The position numbers and the translations under genes were made by a program. The notes under the pieces were generated by a model that was not told the DNA's origin, searched no databases, and saw only the letters and a program-made list of their open reading frames with translations. From an uncultured Verrucomicrobiae bacterium (GTDB lineage Bacteria; Verrucomicrobiota; Verrucomicrobiia; Chthoniobacterales; JAFAMB01), in assembly GCA_963762565.1 (NCBI GenBank), contig CAVXLD010000010.1, positions 477,514 to 541,513 of the forward strand: a stretch of DNA of 64,000 bases, in the 5' to 3' direction. This document shows, piece after piece, positions 62,831-64,000 of this stretch. Positions within the stretch are counted from its first letter, which is position 1; each line of letters begins with the position of its first letter.

Positions 62831-64000
62831 ATGATTGCTCCTCGGACAAGCCTAGTGGCCTGGGCCGCCGCCATCATTTTACCCCTATCGATTCTAGCGG
62901 GTGTGGTGGGTAGTCTACGCTACATTTGCGTTCTGGGAATCGCTGTATTCGCGCTAGCCAGTTTAGCCGACTTACTCCTCGGTCTAGGAAAATACCGGCA
63001 ACTTGAATGGCACATCCCCTCGGTGAACCGAGTCACCGCCGGGCGCGATTTCGAACTCGGCCTTAAGCTGAACGGGACCGGACTTCGCAGGGGCGCTATC
63101 CGCTTGGCGGTTGAGTTGCCGCCGGCCGTTAAGCCCGATCAATCGAGCATCGTGCTGCAAATCAAAGGTGACATCGCGAATCTGCTGATCCCGATTAAAG
63201 CGGTGGCGGAGCAACGCGGGACCTATCCAATTCAGCGATTGTTTTTCGATTGGGTCTCGCCGGCGCGGTTCTGGGTTTTCCGTGAAGAACGTCCACTCGT
63301 CAGTGAGGTCCGAGTTTACCCGGATCTTGCCTTGGAAGGTCGAAAGATCGCCCATTTCTTGGACCGAGGCGGGTTTGGCGTTCATCGTCAAAGACAGATC
63401 GGCCGCGGCCGCGAGTTTGAGAAACTAAGAGAATATGAACCGGGAGACAGCTTCGATTCCATCCATTGGAAAGCCGCAGCGAAACGCCAAAAACCAATCA
63501 CCAAAGTCTTCCAGGTAGAAAAATCCCAAGAGGTTTATCTCGCCATCGATTCTTCCCGCCTCAGCAGCCGCCTCTTATCGTCCTCGTCCTCGTTCTCGTC
63601 GTCGTCCTCGTCCTCGACTGTCCTTGACCCCAGCGCTCACCACGCCACAAATCGGTCCGCCCCCCAATCACCAATCACTAATCACCAATCACATCTCCCC
63701 TCCGACCACGAATCACCTCTCACTTCTCACCTCTCACTTCTCACAGCACAAAGCGCCATCCTCGAGCGTTTCATCGCCGCCGCCCTCCTCGCCGGCGCTA
63801 CCGCCGAACGGCAAGGCGACCTATTCGGCCTCATTACTTTCAGTGACAAAGTCGATCAAATGGCCCGAGCTCGCAGCGGTTCTCTCCACTTCAATCATTG
63901 CCGCGATCTACTCGTTAATCTTCGACCTAAGTTAGTTGCTCCCGACTTTGAAGATATCGCGGCGACTCTGCTCAACCGGTTAACTAAACGCTCGCTATTG
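62831..64000 (+). CDS. DUF58-domain protein, 3'-truncated by window edge (absent from ORF track)
   Basis: Manual translation open to window end: VRVYPDL, GREFEKLREYEPGD..IHWKA, LAIDSSRLS. Confidence 0.9.
   Translation, partial: MIAPRTSLVAWAAAIILPLSILAGVVGSLRYICVLGIAVFALASLADLLLGLGKYRQLEWHIPSVNRVTAGRDFELGLKLNGTGLRRGAIRLAVELPPAVKPDQSSIVLQIKGDIANLLIPIKAVAEQRGTYPIQRLFFDWVSPARFWVFREERPLVSEVRVYPDLALEGRKIAHFLDRGGFGVHRQRQIGRGREFEKLREYEPGDSFDSIHWKAAAKRQKPITKVFQVEKSQEVYLAIDSSRLSSRLLSSSSSFSSSSSSSTVLDPSAHHATNRSAPQSPITNHQSHLPSDHESPLTSHLSLLTAQSAILERFIAAALLAGATAERQGDLFGLITFSDKVDQMARARSGSLHFNHCRDLLVNLRPKLVAPDFEDIAATLLNRLTKRSLL

Noticed and set aside
63624..63935. 103-aa ORF
   Set aside because: Alternative frame within the DUF58 gene

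Overview
Chromosomal window of a bacterium that by gene content and style resembles Verrucomicrobia (Chthoniobacterales-like); this is an inference, not a database result. Core genes include cysK, two bactofilins, gyrB-gyrA, cutA, bamA-skp, mqnC, ruvB, mlaEFD, rluE, hrpB, a DEAD-box helicase, purC, a PPK2, tgt, rpoZ-smpB, an MMPL transporter, an LpxL-WaaF fusion, xerD and tRNA-Gly(TCC). A decayed islet follows the tRNA (orphan MASE4 histidine kinase, degenerate PfkB protein, permease relic). After it come a LacI-regulated sugar ABC operon, an alpha/beta-hydrolase pseudogene, an EamA/MocR pair and an RDD/zinc-finger/DUF4129/DUF4350/MoxR/DUF58 operon. The most unusual signal is non-coding. Many intergenic gaps hold palindromic cassettes, either inverted arrays of 6-10-nt tandem units (about ten unit families) or GTAG/GGAG-type REP-like doublets. 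These cassettes nest in one another, mirror variant units and a 22-nt insert on both arms, and carry ~70-nt hypervariable segments at a fixed position. They also supply stop codons and sit in frame inside three coding frames (DUF58 protein, DUF4129 protein, hydrolase). No transposase, CRISPR array or rRNA gene is in the window.
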